Counted from the first letter of the stretch, positions 1 to 9,622 are shown. The stretch: DNA of 52,660 nucleotides from a virus (IMGVR_UViG_3300005537_000007:1-52660), one strand, 5' to 3'. Program-made: numbers and translations. The notes: generated from the sequence alone by a model not told the origin.

Positions 1-100
1 TGGGGCGCCGGGTGTCCCCACGCTGCAGCTTAGCGACTTTCATTGGGGCGAGCGAGTTGACAAACGCCAAATGGGTGGGATGAATGAGTTCAATCTCACC
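1..100. repeat. 100-bp terminal direct repeat, identical to 52561-52660 (assembly overlap of a circular or circularly permuted genome)
   Basis: The first and last 100 nt match exactly, and an ORF reads through the junction. Confidence 0.95.
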
Positions 101-886
101 ATAGCACACAAGCGTTTGAAATCCACAGTGGATAGCTGTGTGCGGTTGGCGCGTATCGTCAGCCCGGAAATGGAGTATCCGGGCATCGTCGCGCAGTTGT
201 TGGGGGATATGATCTCCGGCAACATCCACGATGAGTTGCAGGCCACTAATGAGTTGAACACCATGCCCACGGTGTTAGACCTCTATCGTCACCTCGTACC
301 CACGCTGACGACACTGGCGGATGTGTTTGGCCGCGTATTCGTACCTTGCGTAGGCGGTAACCACGGGCGCGATACCAAAAAGACGTGGGCCAAAGATCGC
401 AACCACACATCATTCGATTGGTTGTTGTATCAATTCCTGGCGGAGCATTTCGCCGCGACCGGGGACAGTCGCGTTGTGTTCTACATCCCGGACGGCGCTG
501 ATGGCGTCTATCGCGCGTACAACACGCGGTACCTGATCACCCACGGCGACCAGTTCCGGGCGGGCGATTCGATCATCGGCCCCGTTGGCCCTTTGATGCG
601 CGGCGAGCAGAAGAAGTCCGCAGCATATTCGGCCGTCAACGAGCCGTATGACATAATGTGTTTCGGCCACTGGCACACCCGATATCTATGGGCTCGTGGA
701 CGTGGCAACGGCACATTGAAGGGGTATGACGAATACGCGAAGCAGAACAACTTCCGGCCCGAACCGCCCAGCCAGAATTTTTGGATCACTCACCCAGACC
801 ATGGCATTACGTTCGATGCGCCGCTATACTGTGACCGCTCGGTCAGACGAGCCAAGGCACCGTGGGCATCTGTAACATCGAGGTGA
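1..886 (+). CDS. Calcineurin-like metallophosphoesterase, 3' part (gene starts at 52364 and crosses the circular junction; about 360 aa in total)
   Basis: Open frame runs from ATG 52364 through the terminal overlap. Complete metallophosphoesterase motif set: SDFHWG, LGDMISG, GGNHGR, THGD, GHWH. Confidence 0.85.
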   Translation, partial: GAPGVPTLQLSDFHWGERVDKRQMGGMNEFNLTIAHKRLKSTVDSCVRLARIVSPEMEYPGIVAQLLGDMISGNIHDELQATNELNTMPTVLDLYRHLVPTLTTLADVFGRVFVPCVGGNHGRDTKKTWAKDRNHTSFDWLLYQFLAEHFAATGDSRVVFYIPDGADGVYRAYNTRYLITHGDQFRAGDSIIGPVGPLMRGEQKKSAAYSAVNEPYDIMCFGHWHTRYLWARGRGNGTLKGYDEYAKQNNFRPEPPSQNFWITHPDHGITFDAPLYCDRSVRRAKAPWASVTSR

Positions 887-890
887 GCGA

Positions 891-1124
891 ATGGCGACAG
901 GACGACAGACTTGGTGGGGCTCTATCGTAGAGGCTAAAACCAACATAGTGATAGGATTCACAATCAACTATGTTGCCAATCTGATCGTGCTGCCGCTGTT
1001 CGGTATTCGCGGGTTGACGCCCGCTAACAATTTCGCCATCGGCGTGGTGTTCACGGGAATTTCCATCGCGCGGCAGTTGGTCATCCGGCGATGGTTCAAC
1101 GCAAGAAAATGGGGCCACAAATGA
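891..1124 (+). CDS. Small two-TM membrane protein (DUF7220-like)
   Basis: Pattern QTxxGSIVEAxTNIVIGF...SIARQLVIRRWFN with two hydrophobic segments. ATGA-coupled to the next gene. Confidence 0.65.
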   Translation: MATGRQTWWGSIVEAKTNIVIGFTINYVANLIVLPLFGIRGLTPANNFAIGVVFTGISIARQLVIRRWFNARKWGHK

Positions 1125-1609
1125 CAAACATGACTCTTCCAACCGATTCCGAGGAACGTAAGAATGTGCCCGTGTGGCGCGGTTGCGTCAGGTACTTCGC
1201 CGCCGCGCTCGCTGGAGTGGCGCGTATTTCTAAGATCGGGAACGACAAACACAACCCCGGTGAGGAATTGCACCACGCGCGCGGCAAATCCCAGGACCAT
1301 GCCGATTGTGTGATGCGGCATTTGATGGACCTGGACGACCTTGTTACGGCGTGTGACCGCGGGGACACTCCGCTGGGGGCATTTCCTGTTCGGCAAATTC
1401 TCGATGAAGCCGACCAAATGGCGTGGCGCGCGTTGGCACTCTCGCAGGAAATCCACGAGCGGTTTGGGAGCGCGCCACTCGCACCGGGCGCGCGGATGCC
1501 GGCTGAGCCGATCGCCACACCGCCGCGGGGCGCGCATAGTGTGCCGTTGCAAGTGTACGATTATTTCGCGTCAGGAACCGTAGACGCAGGTACACAGGAT
1601 ATCGTCTAA
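1121..1609 (+). CDS. dATP/dGTP diphosphohydrolase domain protein (DUF5664-like)
   Basis: Motif series ERKxxPV, YFxxALxxVAxxSxxGNDKH, DHADCxxRHL, AWRALA is typical of this family. Confidence 0.75.
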   Translation: MTNMTLPTDSEERKNVPVWRGCVRYFAAALAGVARISKIGNDKHNPGEELHHARGKSQDHADCVMRHLMDLDDLVTACDRGDTPLGAFPVRQILDEADQMAWRALALSQEIHERFGSAPLAPGARMPAEPIATPPRGAHSVPLQVYDYFASGTVDAGTQDIV

Positions 1610-1618
1610 TTTGCCATA

Positions 1619-3280
1619 ATGCAGCGTACCCCGTACTATCGGGGTATGCGCATACTAGCCAAACTCCGTTCGCTGTTCCGGCGCGCGCCGGCCTCTGCTG
1701 GCGATTCTGAGCCGGTGGCCCCCGATGGCTCAATCCAATGGGGCCGCATAAAAACGCTGCTGGCCGAAGCCGAGCGGCCACCGCGCGAAGAGGAGGCCCC
1801 CCGCTCGTCCTATAAGCTCCCCGCCGTGTTGCCTGGGGTGCGCCCGGAGACACTGCCCGCGCGCTCGCAAGTCGTCCTGGCGATGGACAGCGGCTATGAG
1901 GAACCGCTTGCGCAGGACAACGCGCCTCCGGCCGCGTGGGGCTTTACCGGCAACGGCGCGCTCGGGCCGGGGTTAGCGTTCCTTGGATTCCCGTACCTCG
2001 CCGAGCTGGCGCAGATTACCGAATACCGCACGCCCGCGGAAGCACTTTCCACGGAGATGACACGCGCGTGGGTGAAGTTGGTATCCAAGGATAAAAAGAA
2101 AGATCTCGGCGAGAAAATCAAAGACATCACTGACCGGCTCGAATCGCTTAAGGTGCGCGATCTGTTCCGCGAAGCGGCGTTGAAAACCGAACAGTTTGGA
2201 CGCGCGCACATCTACGTGTCGGTGAAAGGGCAGGACGACGATCGCACGCGGCAGGTGCCGTTAAAAAAGATCGAGAAGGGGTCGCTTGTTGGCTTTTCCT
2301 GCATTGAGCCCTACTGGCTCACCCCCTATTCGTGGAATTCCACGCACCCCGAGCGGCCTGACTTCTACAAACCGCAATCGTGGTTTGTGCTGGGGCGGAA
2401 AACGCACAGCTCGCGTCTGTTGACGTTCATATTCCGCGAAGTACCCGATCTCCTGAAACCCGCGTACGACTTCTCAGGTATCAGCATCACCCAATTGATG
2501 ATGCCCTACGTAAACCGTTGGCTGCGTACCGCTAAGAACGTCAATGACCTGATCAACATCTTCTCGATTGTTACATTGGCGACAGACATGCAGCAGATGT
2601 TGCAAGCCGGCGCGAATGATCCTTCGGGCCTGCCGGCGCGCATGCAGGCATTTACACACACGCGCGACAACCGTGGCGCGATGGTGATCAACAAAGACAC
2701 GGAAGAGTTGAGCACGCAAAACGTGCCGCTCGGCTCGTTGGATAAGCTTCAGGCTCAGGCCCAGGAGCACATGGCCACGCCGTCGCGCATGCCATTGATT
2801 GAGTTTTTCGGCATCACCCCCACGGGGTTGAATTCGTCCTCTGAAGGTGAGTTCCAGGCCCGCAACAAGTACGTGAAGGGAATGATCGAGTTGGGTTTCG
2901 CCGCCCATTTCCGCCGCGTGCATGAGTTGGTGCAAATGGATCTCTACGGCGAGATCGACCCGGATATCACCGAAGAGTGGCAGAATCTGTACGAACCCAC
3001 ACCGAAGGAAGAGTCAGAGTTGCGCAAGGCGGACGCGGATCGTGACGCGGTGTATCTCGACAACAGTGTGATCGCTGCGGATGAGGTGCGGGATAAGCTG
3101 AAGAATGACCCCAAGAGCGGGTATGACAATTTGCAGGGCGATGCACCTGAGCCACCTGAGATGACTGAGTTTGGGCTGGGCGAAGCGAGCGCCACCAACG
3201 CGCACAATCGCAGTGAAGAGTCGGCCGAAGCGGCCCACGCGCGCCAGATGGAGGTGCAGACCTCCGAGGAGAAAGAGTAA
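1619..3280 (+). CDS. Portal protein (DUF1073 family)
   Basis: 553 aa. Motifs FLGFPYLAELAQ, PDFYKPQSW, HSSRLL, PDLLKPAY and FGITPTGLNSSSEGE. Lies upstream of the protease, scaffold and capsid genes. Confidence 0.9.
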   Translation: MQRTPYYRGMRILAKLRSLFRRAPASAGDSEPVAPDGSIQWGRIKTLLAEAERPPREEEAPRSSYKLPAVLPGVRPETLPARSQVVLAMDSGYEEPLAQDNAPPAAWGFTGNGALGPGLAFLGFPYLAELAQITEYRTPAEALSTEMTRAWVKLVSKDKKKDLGEKIKDITDRLESLKVRDLFREAALKTEQFGRAHIYVSVKGQDDDRTRQVPLKKIEKGSLVGFSCIEPYWLTPYSWNSTHPERPDFYKPQSWFVLGRKTHSSRLLTFIFREVPDLLKPAYDFSGISITQLMMPYVNRWLRTAKNVNDLINIFSIVTLATDMQQMLQAGANDPSGLPARMQAFTHTRDNRGAMVINKDTEELSTQNVPLGSLDKLQAQAQEHMATPSRMPLIEFFGITPTGLNSSSEGEFQARNKYVKGMIELGFAAHFRRVHELVQMDLYGEIDPDITEEWQNLYEPTPKEESELRKADADRDAVYLDNSVIAADEVRDKLKNDPKSGYDNLQGDAPEPPEMTEFGLGEASATNAHNRSEESAEAAHARQMEVQTSEEKE

Positions 3281-4137
3281 TGCCGCTCCAAACTGGCAAA
3301 TCAAAGGAAGCGTTCAGCCATAACGTTGAGGTTGAAGTCGCGGCTGGCAAACCTCAAAAGCAAGCCGCGGCGATCGCGTACAGCAAGGAACGTGAGGCGA
3401 AGGACGCGGAGCCTGAGGTTGAGTTAGAGGAAGCTATTGAAGCAGGGAAAAAGGAAGCTGAGCATCAGCTCAAGGCGCTCGCCGGCATGGATGTTGAGTG
3501 TGCCGATGCACACGCGCAGGATGCCGCGGACCCCGCGCAAGCTGCGACGAGTCCGCGTCTTGCATTCGACCGCGGCGGCACGATGCGCACGAAGGACGTA
3601 GACGGGCGTCTCCACGTGAAGGATTGCCGGATTTCGAAGGCGAACATCTGCCCGTATCTGGGCCACGAAATACCGGACGCGGAAAAGCTCGGGCTCGAGC
3701 CGGATCGCGTGTATTACCTCTACCGCGACGCTGCCGCGCTCGCCGCCGCCGCACCCACGGCGGAACGCGTACCGCTGATGATGCGCCACGTTGCGAGTAC
3801 TGCTGCGAGCCCGCAGAAGGAAACGATCATCGGATGCGTGTCCAACGTACGTTGGATGCCGCCGTATCTTGTTGCGGATCTCACCGTGTGGGATCAAGCC
3901 GGCATCGAAGCGATCGAGTCAGAGCGTCAGCAAGAGCTGTCGCCAGGGTACCGTTACACCCCAGTGATGCAGTCGGGCGCCATTGAAGGCGAGCGATACG
4001 ACGGGCGCATGGCGGCGCCGATCATCTTTAACCACGTGGCCATCGTGGATACCGGGCGCACCGGGCCAGATGTCATGGTGAACGACTCACTCGCCGCTGT
4101 AGCACAAACTGACGGTACGGTCAATACCGAAATTTGA
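3280..4137 (+). CDS. Prohead maturation protease (DUF2213 family) with N-terminal MPLxxGKS...GKPQKQAxAIA extension
   Basis: Motifs ISKANICPYxGxEIP, ELSPGY and NHVAIVxxGRxGxDV, plus gene position. Confidence 0.85.
   Translation: MPLQTGKSKEAFSHNVEVEVAAGKPQKQAAAIAYSKEREAKDAEPEVELEEAIEAGKKEAEHQLKALAGMDVECADAHAQDAADPAQAATSPRLAFDRGGTMRTKDVDGRLHVKDCRISKANICPYLGHEIPDAEKLGLEPDRVYYLYRDAAALAAAAPTAERVPLMMRHVASTAASPQKETIIGCVSNVRWMPPYLVADLTVWDQAGIEAIESERQQELSPGYRYTPVMQSGAIEGERYDGRMAAPIIFNHVAIVDTGRTGPDVMVNDSLAAVAQTDGTVNTEI
4110..4123. promoter_or_regulatory. TGAC-N6-GTCA palindrome (TGACGGTACGGTCA) just upstream of a TTGACA hexamer at 4134-4139 ahead of the scaffold gene
   Basis: The 14-mer is identical to the copy at 43394. 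It lies at the end of the protease gene, next to a 68-bp intergenic gap. Confidence 0.55.
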
Positions 4138-4205
4138 CATATCCTAAGTCCGCGTGGAATACTCACGACTGTGCGTTATGTAAACCTCTATAGGAATTCC
4201 ACGCC

Positions 4206-4934
4206 GTGAAGCTTGCCAAAGTGATCGCGATTGCCGCGCCGTTCCTGGCTGCGGACAAAAAGCCCGAAGATCTTCAGGCCGCCATCCTGGCCGCCGACAA
4301 GCGAGCGAAGGATTCCCCCGAAGAGCGCGATCAGCCCAAGGCACAGGACGCCGACATGGACGAGCGCGAGCGCGCATGCGATGAGCGCGAGGAAGCGATG
4401 GACGCGGCCGAGGAAAAGGCCGACGAGGGCAAGTCCGACAAGGAAGCGAAGGATCGTAAGTCGGCCCGTGACGCCCGCAAGGGTGCGCGCGATTCGCGCA
4501 AGGGCGCCCGCGACGCACGGAGCGCCAAGGATCGTGATGACGATCCGGAGCACACCAACGACGAGAATTACCTGGAGGGGTCGGACCCTTCCACCCCTGG
4601 CGGCAATCGCGCGGGCGGCAAGACTGCGGTTGATTCGGCTGAGGTGGATCGGCGTATCTCGGCGGCTGTTGCCGCGCGCGATGCACTCCACACGGCGCGC
4701 GCTGAAGTCGAGTCGATCCTGGGCAAAACCACGTTCGATAGTGCGGGTGCTACGTACGAAGCGGCGCTTAAGCAGCTCGGTGTTGATACCGCCGGCATCG
4801 ACAAGAGCGCATTCCCCGTGATGCTGAAACTGGCGAAGGACCGCGCGGCGGCTGCGACGCCCTCCAGCGCCATGGACGGCGCCAGCGTATCGGAACTGTC
4901 CAAAGTCATCCCCGGCTACGGCCGGCTGCGTTAA
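4206..4934 (+). CDS. Capsid scaffolding protein
   Basis: Highly charged D/E/K/R-rich helical protein with many AxD motifs, between protease and decoration/capsid genes. Confidence 0.75.
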   Translation: MKLAKVIAIAAPFLAADKKPEDLQAAILAADKRAKDSPEERDQPKAQDADMDERERACDEREEAMDAAEEKADEGKSDKEAKDRKSARDARKGARDSRKGARDARSAKDRDDDPEHTNDENYLEGSDPSTPGGNRAGGKTAVDSAEVDRRISAAVAARDALHTARAEVESILGKTTFDSAGATYEAALKQLGVDTAGIDKSAFPVMLKLAKDRAAAATPSSAMDGASVSELSKVIPGYGRLR

Positions 4935-4961
4935 TCGGCCGGCGCCACAGGAAAACCACAC

Positions 4962-6122
4962 ATGTCGTTCCAGAAGCAAGTCAACAACACCCAGGCCCCG
5001 GCGGTTCAGGGCGATTTCGCCAGCACCAACCCGTTTTCAAACGTGTTGGCGGGTCCGGGTGAGCTGGTTGCGCCGGCTACCGGCCTGATCGTCGGAAACT
5101 TCGCGTGGGTCGGCCCGCAGGGGCAGGTGTCGCAGTCGTTTGTCGCCGGCTACCAGATTGGTTTCCTGGGCCGCAACGAACAGGCACTCATCACTCAATT
5201 CCTGGGCGAACAGACGCTTGTTGTGCCGCCCGGCTTCCCGGTTGTCCTGTTCAATGAGGGTGATTTCTGGGCCAAGTTCGCGGCTGGCGCGACGGTGGGC
5301 CAGAACGTGTACGCCGATCCGAACGACGGCGCGCCGCTGTCGGGCGCCTCGGCCCCCACGCTGGGCACTGGCACCGCAACCGCTGGCTTCAGCGGCACCG
5401 CGACGCTGAACAGCACCACCACGTTGAACGTGACGGCTGCGACGCACGGCGTCATCAGTGTGGGCGACGTGGTCGCGGATTCGACCACGGGTGCCAACAT
5501 CCCGACCGGAACCACCATCGTTGCGCAGCTCACCGGTATCGCCGGGGGTGTGGGCACCTACCAGATGTCGGCCGCCGCCACCGCCAGCGCGGTCGGCGAC
5601 ACCGTCACCACCACGTCGAATTTCGCGCTCGTGACTGCGGTTGCAAACGGTTCGTTCAACCAGGGGGATGTGTTCACCGGCACGAACGTTGCGGCCGGTA
5701 CCTCGATCGTCGGGCAGGCCACGCCGTTCTCGGGCGTCGCCACCCTCGCCTCGAGCACGGCCCTCGTGGTGACCTCGGTCGCTCCCGGAACCGATCTGTT
5801 GCGCAAGGGCGCGACTGTGGTTGGCTTGGGCATCCCGGCGAACACCACGATCAGCACTCAGGTCAGCGGCACTCCTGGCGGCGTGGGCACCTATACGCTG
5901 TCTGCGGCGGCCACGATCACCCAGGCCGGTGTCCCTGTCACCACGGCGGACAGCGCTGGTGGTACCGGGCTGTACACCATCAGCCCGGAGCCCCAGATTT
6001 TCGGCGCTGCCGCCGCTCCGATCACCATCACCGTGGCCGGCACGGCTCAGGCCACCCCGTTCAAGGTTCGCGGTGTTTACAGCCCGCTGGCCAACGAACT
6101 GGGCAAGATCAGCTCCCGCTAA
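4962..6122 (+). CDS. Head decoration/cement protein with inserted Thr/Gly-rich beta modules
   Basis: N-terminus FQKQVNxxQAPAVxGDFASxNP...GDFWA is typical of the decoration protein that precedes DUF2184 capsids. Three GxGxYxxS modules are inserted. Confidence 0.75.
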   Translation: MSFQKQVNNTQAPAVQGDFASTNPFSNVLAGPGELVAPATGLIVGNFAWVGPQGQVSQSFVAGYQIGFLGRNEQALITQFLGEQTLVVPPGFPVVLFNEGDFWAKFAAGATVGQNVYADPNDGAPLSGASAPTLGTGTATAGFSGTATLNSTTTLNVTAATHGVISVGDVVADSTTGANIPTGTTIVAQLTGIAGGVGTYQMSAAATASAVGDTVTTTSNFALVTAVANGSFNQGDVFTGTNVAAGTSIVGQATPFSGVATLASSTALVVTSVAPGTDLLRKGATVVGLGIPANTTISTQVSGTPGGVGTYTLSAAATITQAGVPVTTADSAGGTGLYTISPEPQIFGAAAAPITITVAGTAQATPFKVRGVYSPLANELGKISSR

Positions 6123-6156
6123 TCTGCGCCACCCATCACGAGACTGAGAAACCACA

Positions 6157-7194
6157 ATGTTGCGACTTGCACTTGACTCCGCGGACCTTGGCCGGCGCTA
6201 TGGCATTCATTTCATGCAGTCTCACGGACGTGAGTTGCAGGGACTTATGCTCATGGACCCGACCGAGCGGGCCTATGACGCGCAGCCCGCGCTGGTGACT
6301 CAGGCGAACGCGGGTATCCCGTCGCTGTTCACGACATACGTGGATCCGAAGATTATTGAAATCCTGGTGCGCCCCACAAAGGCCGCCGAACTGTACGGTG
6401 AGACCAAGAAAGGTACTTGGGTCACCGATACCGCAATGTTCCTTGTGGCGGAGCGCACCGGTGAAGTCGTCAGCTACGGCGATTTCAGCCAGGACGGAAT
6501 GTCCAACGCGAACGTGGTCTTCCCGCAGCGCCAGTCGTACCACTATCAGACCAACACTCGTTGGGGCGAGCGCGAGCTTGCGCGCGCGGCGGAAGCGAAG
6601 ATCGATTGGGCGAATCAGGTGAATCTCGGCTCGGTCCTGGCGCTGAACAAGTACCAGAATCAGGCGTATTTGTTCGGTATCGCCGGCTTGCAGAACTACG
6701 GCGGCACGAACGATCCGTCGCTGCCGGCCCCCATCGCCCCGACCTCCAGCTGGTTCGGCGCCGATGCGGATGTGATCTACGCGGACGTGCTGCGCCTCGT
6801 GCAGCAGATGATTGCGCAGGGCAACGGCCTTGTGGACGCCGAAACCGCGTATACCATGGGCATCAGCCCCGGCAACGTGACGAACTTCAACAACACGAAC
6901 CAGTTCAACGTCAACGTTTACGACCAGATCAAGAAGAATTTCCCCAACCTGAAGATCGTCACCATCCCAGAGTTTGCTCTGAATGGCGGCGGCGGCGCGG
7001 GCGGTACCGAGCTGGTGCAACTCATTGCCGACAACGTCGAAGGGCAGCGCACGTGCGAGGCAGCCTTCACCGAGAAGATGCGCGCGCACGCGATGGTGGT
7101 GAAGACCTCCTCGTGGGAGCAGAAGAAGAGCCAGGGCACTTGGGGCGTGATCTTCTACCGCCCGGTGTTCGTGGCTCAGATGTACGGAGCGTAA
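6157..7194 (+). CDS. Major capsid protein (DUF2184 family)
   Basis: Motifs NAGIP, TYVDP, ETKKGTW, YGDF, RQSYHYQT, YGxxNDPSL and EKMRAH. 345 aa. Confidence 0.92.
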   Translation: MLRLALDSADLGRRYGIHFMQSHGRELQGLMLMDPTERAYDAQPALVTQANAGIPSLFTTYVDPKIIEILVRPTKAAELYGETKKGTWVTDTAMFLVAERTGEVVSYGDFSQDGMSNANVVFPQRQSYHYQTNTRWGERELARAAEAKIDWANQVNLGSVLALNKYQNQAYLFGIAGLQNYGGTNDPSLPAPIAPTSSWFGADADVIYADVLRLVQQMIAQGNGLVDAETAYTMGISPGNVTNFNNTNQFNVNVYDQIKKNFPNLKIVTIPEFALNGGGGAGGTELVQLIADNVEGQRTCEAAFTEKMRAHAMVVKTSSWEQKKSQGTWGVIFYRPVFVAQMYGA

Positions 7195-7195
7195 T

Positions 7196-7768
7196 GTGCT
7201 CAGCACCCGCTACGGCGGGGGCGCCCTGTACGAGGGAGCCTTCGCTTCGCGGGTGCTCGGTCGTAACCTCGAAGTACTCGCGCCGTTTTCTTCCGCGCTT
7301 GCTGGCCCCACGGCGTGGCGCGCCGGGTCGGGTGGTCTGTTGCAGGGTCGTTTCGGTTGGGGCAACCCTGACACCGGGCTTGTCTTAAACGCCCCCTCCA
7401 CGCCAGCGGATACGCTCGGCGTGGTCATTCCCTTGCAGTCAGTCAACGGCGCCAACGGTGGTGTCATAGGCGGCTCCTCGTCCCTTGGCGGCCCCCAGGC
7501 GCAATGGACGTGGCAGACATGGGACACCATTGCCCGCGCTTGGCGCCTGCGCGCGGGAATCGTCGCCACCCTCATGACGGGGGGCAATTTCTGGTTGCGC
7601 TTTCCGAGCGGGGCGAGTTATGGTAACTCCGTTTATGCTTCACTGACGGACGGTTCAGCAATTTCCGGCGCATCGGCCGGAGCTGTGCAAACCCCTTGGT
7701 TTGTGTGCAGCGAATGCGGCCCCGGTTGTTTGGCAATAGTCAGCACTACAGCATTTTTCGGAGGATAA
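7196..7768 (+). CDS. Second decoration-protein paralog
   Basis: AGPTAWRAGSGGLLQGRFGW...GGNFWLRF..GASYGNSVYASLTDGS aligns by eye with AGPGELVAPATGLIVGNFAW...EGDFWAKFAAGATVGQNVYADPNDGA of 4962..6122. Confidence 0.65.
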   Translation: MLSTRYGGGALYEGAFASRVLGRNLEVLAPFSSALAGPTAWRAGSGGLLQGRFGWGNPDTGLVLNAPSTPADTLGVVIPLQSVNGANGGVIGGSSSLGGPQAQWTWQTWDTIARAWRLRAGIVATLMTGGNFWLRFPSGASYGNSVYASLTDGSAISGASAGAVQTPWFVCSECGPGCLAIVSTTAFFGG

Positions 7769-7769
7769 C

Positions 7770-8231
7770 ATGGCGAATGAAGAAACAGTTACGGTAGGTT
7801 GCCGCCTGCCACTCGGGTTGGTATTGGAAGTTGGTCTGCAGCGGACCATCAAGAGCGGCCCGCAAAATCGGCCCGTTGCTCAGGTTAAGCGGACGGAAAA
7901 ATACCGGACGTTTCAGCTGCGCGGTACTCGCGCGCACACCACCGAAATGCGCCGGCAAGGTATCGCCGTACCTTCCACGCTGAACCCTCAGCCGTTCATC
8001 AATAAGGACGTGCCCAAAGTCGTGTGGGATCAATGGAAGGCTGAAAACGCTGACTCCAACATTCTCAAGCGCGGCGAGATTTTCGAGGTCAAAGGCGGGG
8101 GCGAAGATAACGCCAAGGCTGCGGCGTTGGACGCGCTTGCGAAATCCCCCACGCCACTCACCCCACTGGACCGATCTAAAGTCGTCACCGTGGGCTCAGA
8201 CAAAGTCGAAACCGCCAAGTTCGATGACTGA
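7770..8231 (+). CDS. Conserved virion morphogenesis protein
   Basis: TVTVGCRLPxGLxL N-terminus of the kind seen after the capsid gene in this phage group. RBS GGAGG. Confidence 0.6.
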   Translation: MANEETVTVGCRLPLGLVLEVGLQRTIKSGPQNRPVAQVKRTEKYRTFQLRGTRAHTTEMRRQGIAVPSTLNPQPFINKDVPKVVWDQWKAENADSNILKRGEIFEVKGGGEDNAKAAALDALAKSPTPLTPLDRSKVVTVGSDKVETAKFDD

Positions 8232-8242
8232 AGGCTAACATC

Positions 8243-8752
8243 GTGCCTGTAACTCCGTGCCCCACGCCATGCCCTCCGGTTGTAACGGGAATTGTGCAAT
8301 TCTCGGCGCCGGAGTTTGTAGCATTGTGGCCGGAATTCACAGGGTTGGCGAATGGCGTAATGCAAAACGCATTCAATATCGCCACGTTGTTGCTAAACAA
8401 TTCGTGCGGGTCGGTTGTGCGCGATGCGAATTTGCGCATGGCGCTTCTCTACATGCTGACCGCGCACGTTTGTTTCCTCAACGCAGGAACAAACGACGGA
8501 GCGGGCAATATCACGCCCGCTCCGGGCATCGTAGGTCGAATTGATAGCGCCTCCGAGGGCTCGGTCAGTGTCACCGCACAGTATGCCTCCACGGTGGGGC
8601 AGAGCATGGCGTTTTTCATACAGACCAAGTACGGTGCGCAATTCTGGCAAGCCACCGTGCAGTATCGGTCAATGAGGTACTTCGGGCCGCCGCAGTTCGG
8701 CCCGAACGGCCCTGGTTATCCTTGGCCCGGTGCCGGGCTTGGGATCGACTGA
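8243..8752 (+). CDS. Head-tail adaptor (DUF4054 family)
   Basis: Motifs FxxxWPEF, LYMLTAH, GRIxSASEGSVSV and QTKYGAQFW. Confidence 0.85.
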   Translation: MPVTPCPTPCPPVVTGIVQFSAPEFVALWPEFTGLANGVMQNAFNIATLLLNNSCGSVVRDANLRMALLYMLTAHVCFLNAGTNDGAGNITPAPGIVGRIDSASEGSVSVTAQYASTVGQSMAFFIQTKYGAQFWQATVQYRSMRYFGPPQFGPNGPGYPWPGAGLGID

Positions 8753-8753
8753 C

Positions 8754-9191
8754 GTGGCCATCGGCAATCTTCACGGGCTCGTGCGCGGCGCAATCAACGC
8801 GGTCAACCCCGATATCCCGGCTCAATGGTTGGTGTCGACCGGTAACACAATCGGGCCATCCGGTAAATCAACGCCGAGTTACGCGGCAGCGGTGCCAGTG
8901 CAGGCGCAGGTTCAGGCCGTAACGGGCGGTGATCTTCGCAAGCATTCGTTTCTGCAAGACCAAGGCGTGTACCGCGCAGTCTACATGTACGCCAACCCCG
9001 ATGCGATCAACCGCGTGGAATCTAAAGGCGGAGACTTGTTGGTATTCCCGCAATATCCACGGGGCACTAATCGTACGTGGTTGGTGAAAGTTGTTGATGA
9101 GCCGTGGAGCGCTGGTAACGGCAATCTCGCATGGTGTCGGGTTATCGTGGCGTTGCAGCTCGATCCGAACAATCCGGTGTCGCAGGTGTGA
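8754..9191 (+). CDS. Head closure/neck protein (GTG start inferred)
   Basis: Motifs NLHGLVRGAIxAVNP, AQVQA and GGDL, plus position after the adaptor. Confidence 0.7.
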   Translation: MAIGNLHGLVRGAINAVNPDIPAQWLVSTGNTIGPSGKSTPSYAAAVPVQAQVQAVTGGDLRKHSFLQDQGVYRAVYMYANPDAINRVESKGGDLLVFPQYPRGTNRTWLVKVVDEPWSAGNGNLAWCRVIVALQLDPNNPVSQV

Positions 9192-9622
9192 ACACGAAGC
9201 TGTCGCGGAAGCTCGCGGAAATCGGCAAGCGCATCGGCGATGGCGGCACTGTGCGTGTTGGGTTTTTAGAAAACGCCACGTATCCGGCCGGTGCAAAAAA
9301 GGCGGGCCTCCACGTGGCTACAGTCGCATGGTGGAACAATTTCGGCAACGTACGCATCCCGGCGCGGCCATTTTTCACCAACATGATTTCGACCAAGTCA
9401 CCCGCGTGGGGGTCGGATCTTCGTAAGATATTCGTCGCATCTCAATACAATACGAAGATTACGCTGAGTTTGTTGGGCACGCGTATCAAAGACCAGCTAG
9501 TGCAGTCGATTGTTGATTGGCCAGCCGATAACGCCCCAGCCACGATTGCCCGCAAAGGTTTCAATAAAGGCCTTATCCATCAGGGCGTCATGCAACGTTC
9601 TGTTGATTTCGAAGTTGCATAG
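9188..9622 (+). CDS. Neck/tail-completion protein
   Basis: Motifs VRVGFLExATYP, IPARPFF and NAPATIARKGFNKxLI. Confidence 0.75.
   Translation: MNTKLSRKLAEIGKRIGDGGTVRVGFLENATYPAGAKKAGLHVATVAWWNNFGNVRIPARPFFTNMISTKSPAWGSDLRKIFVASQYNTKITLSLLGTRIKDQLVQSIVDWPADNAPATIARKGFNKGLIHQGVMQRSVDFEVA

Noticed and set aside
1121-1609. 2-aminoadenine (Z) or 7-deazaguanine genome modification implied by the DUF5664-like gene
   Set aside because: No PurZ, DatZ/MazZ, DpdA or Que/FolE-like genes are recognisable in the genome.
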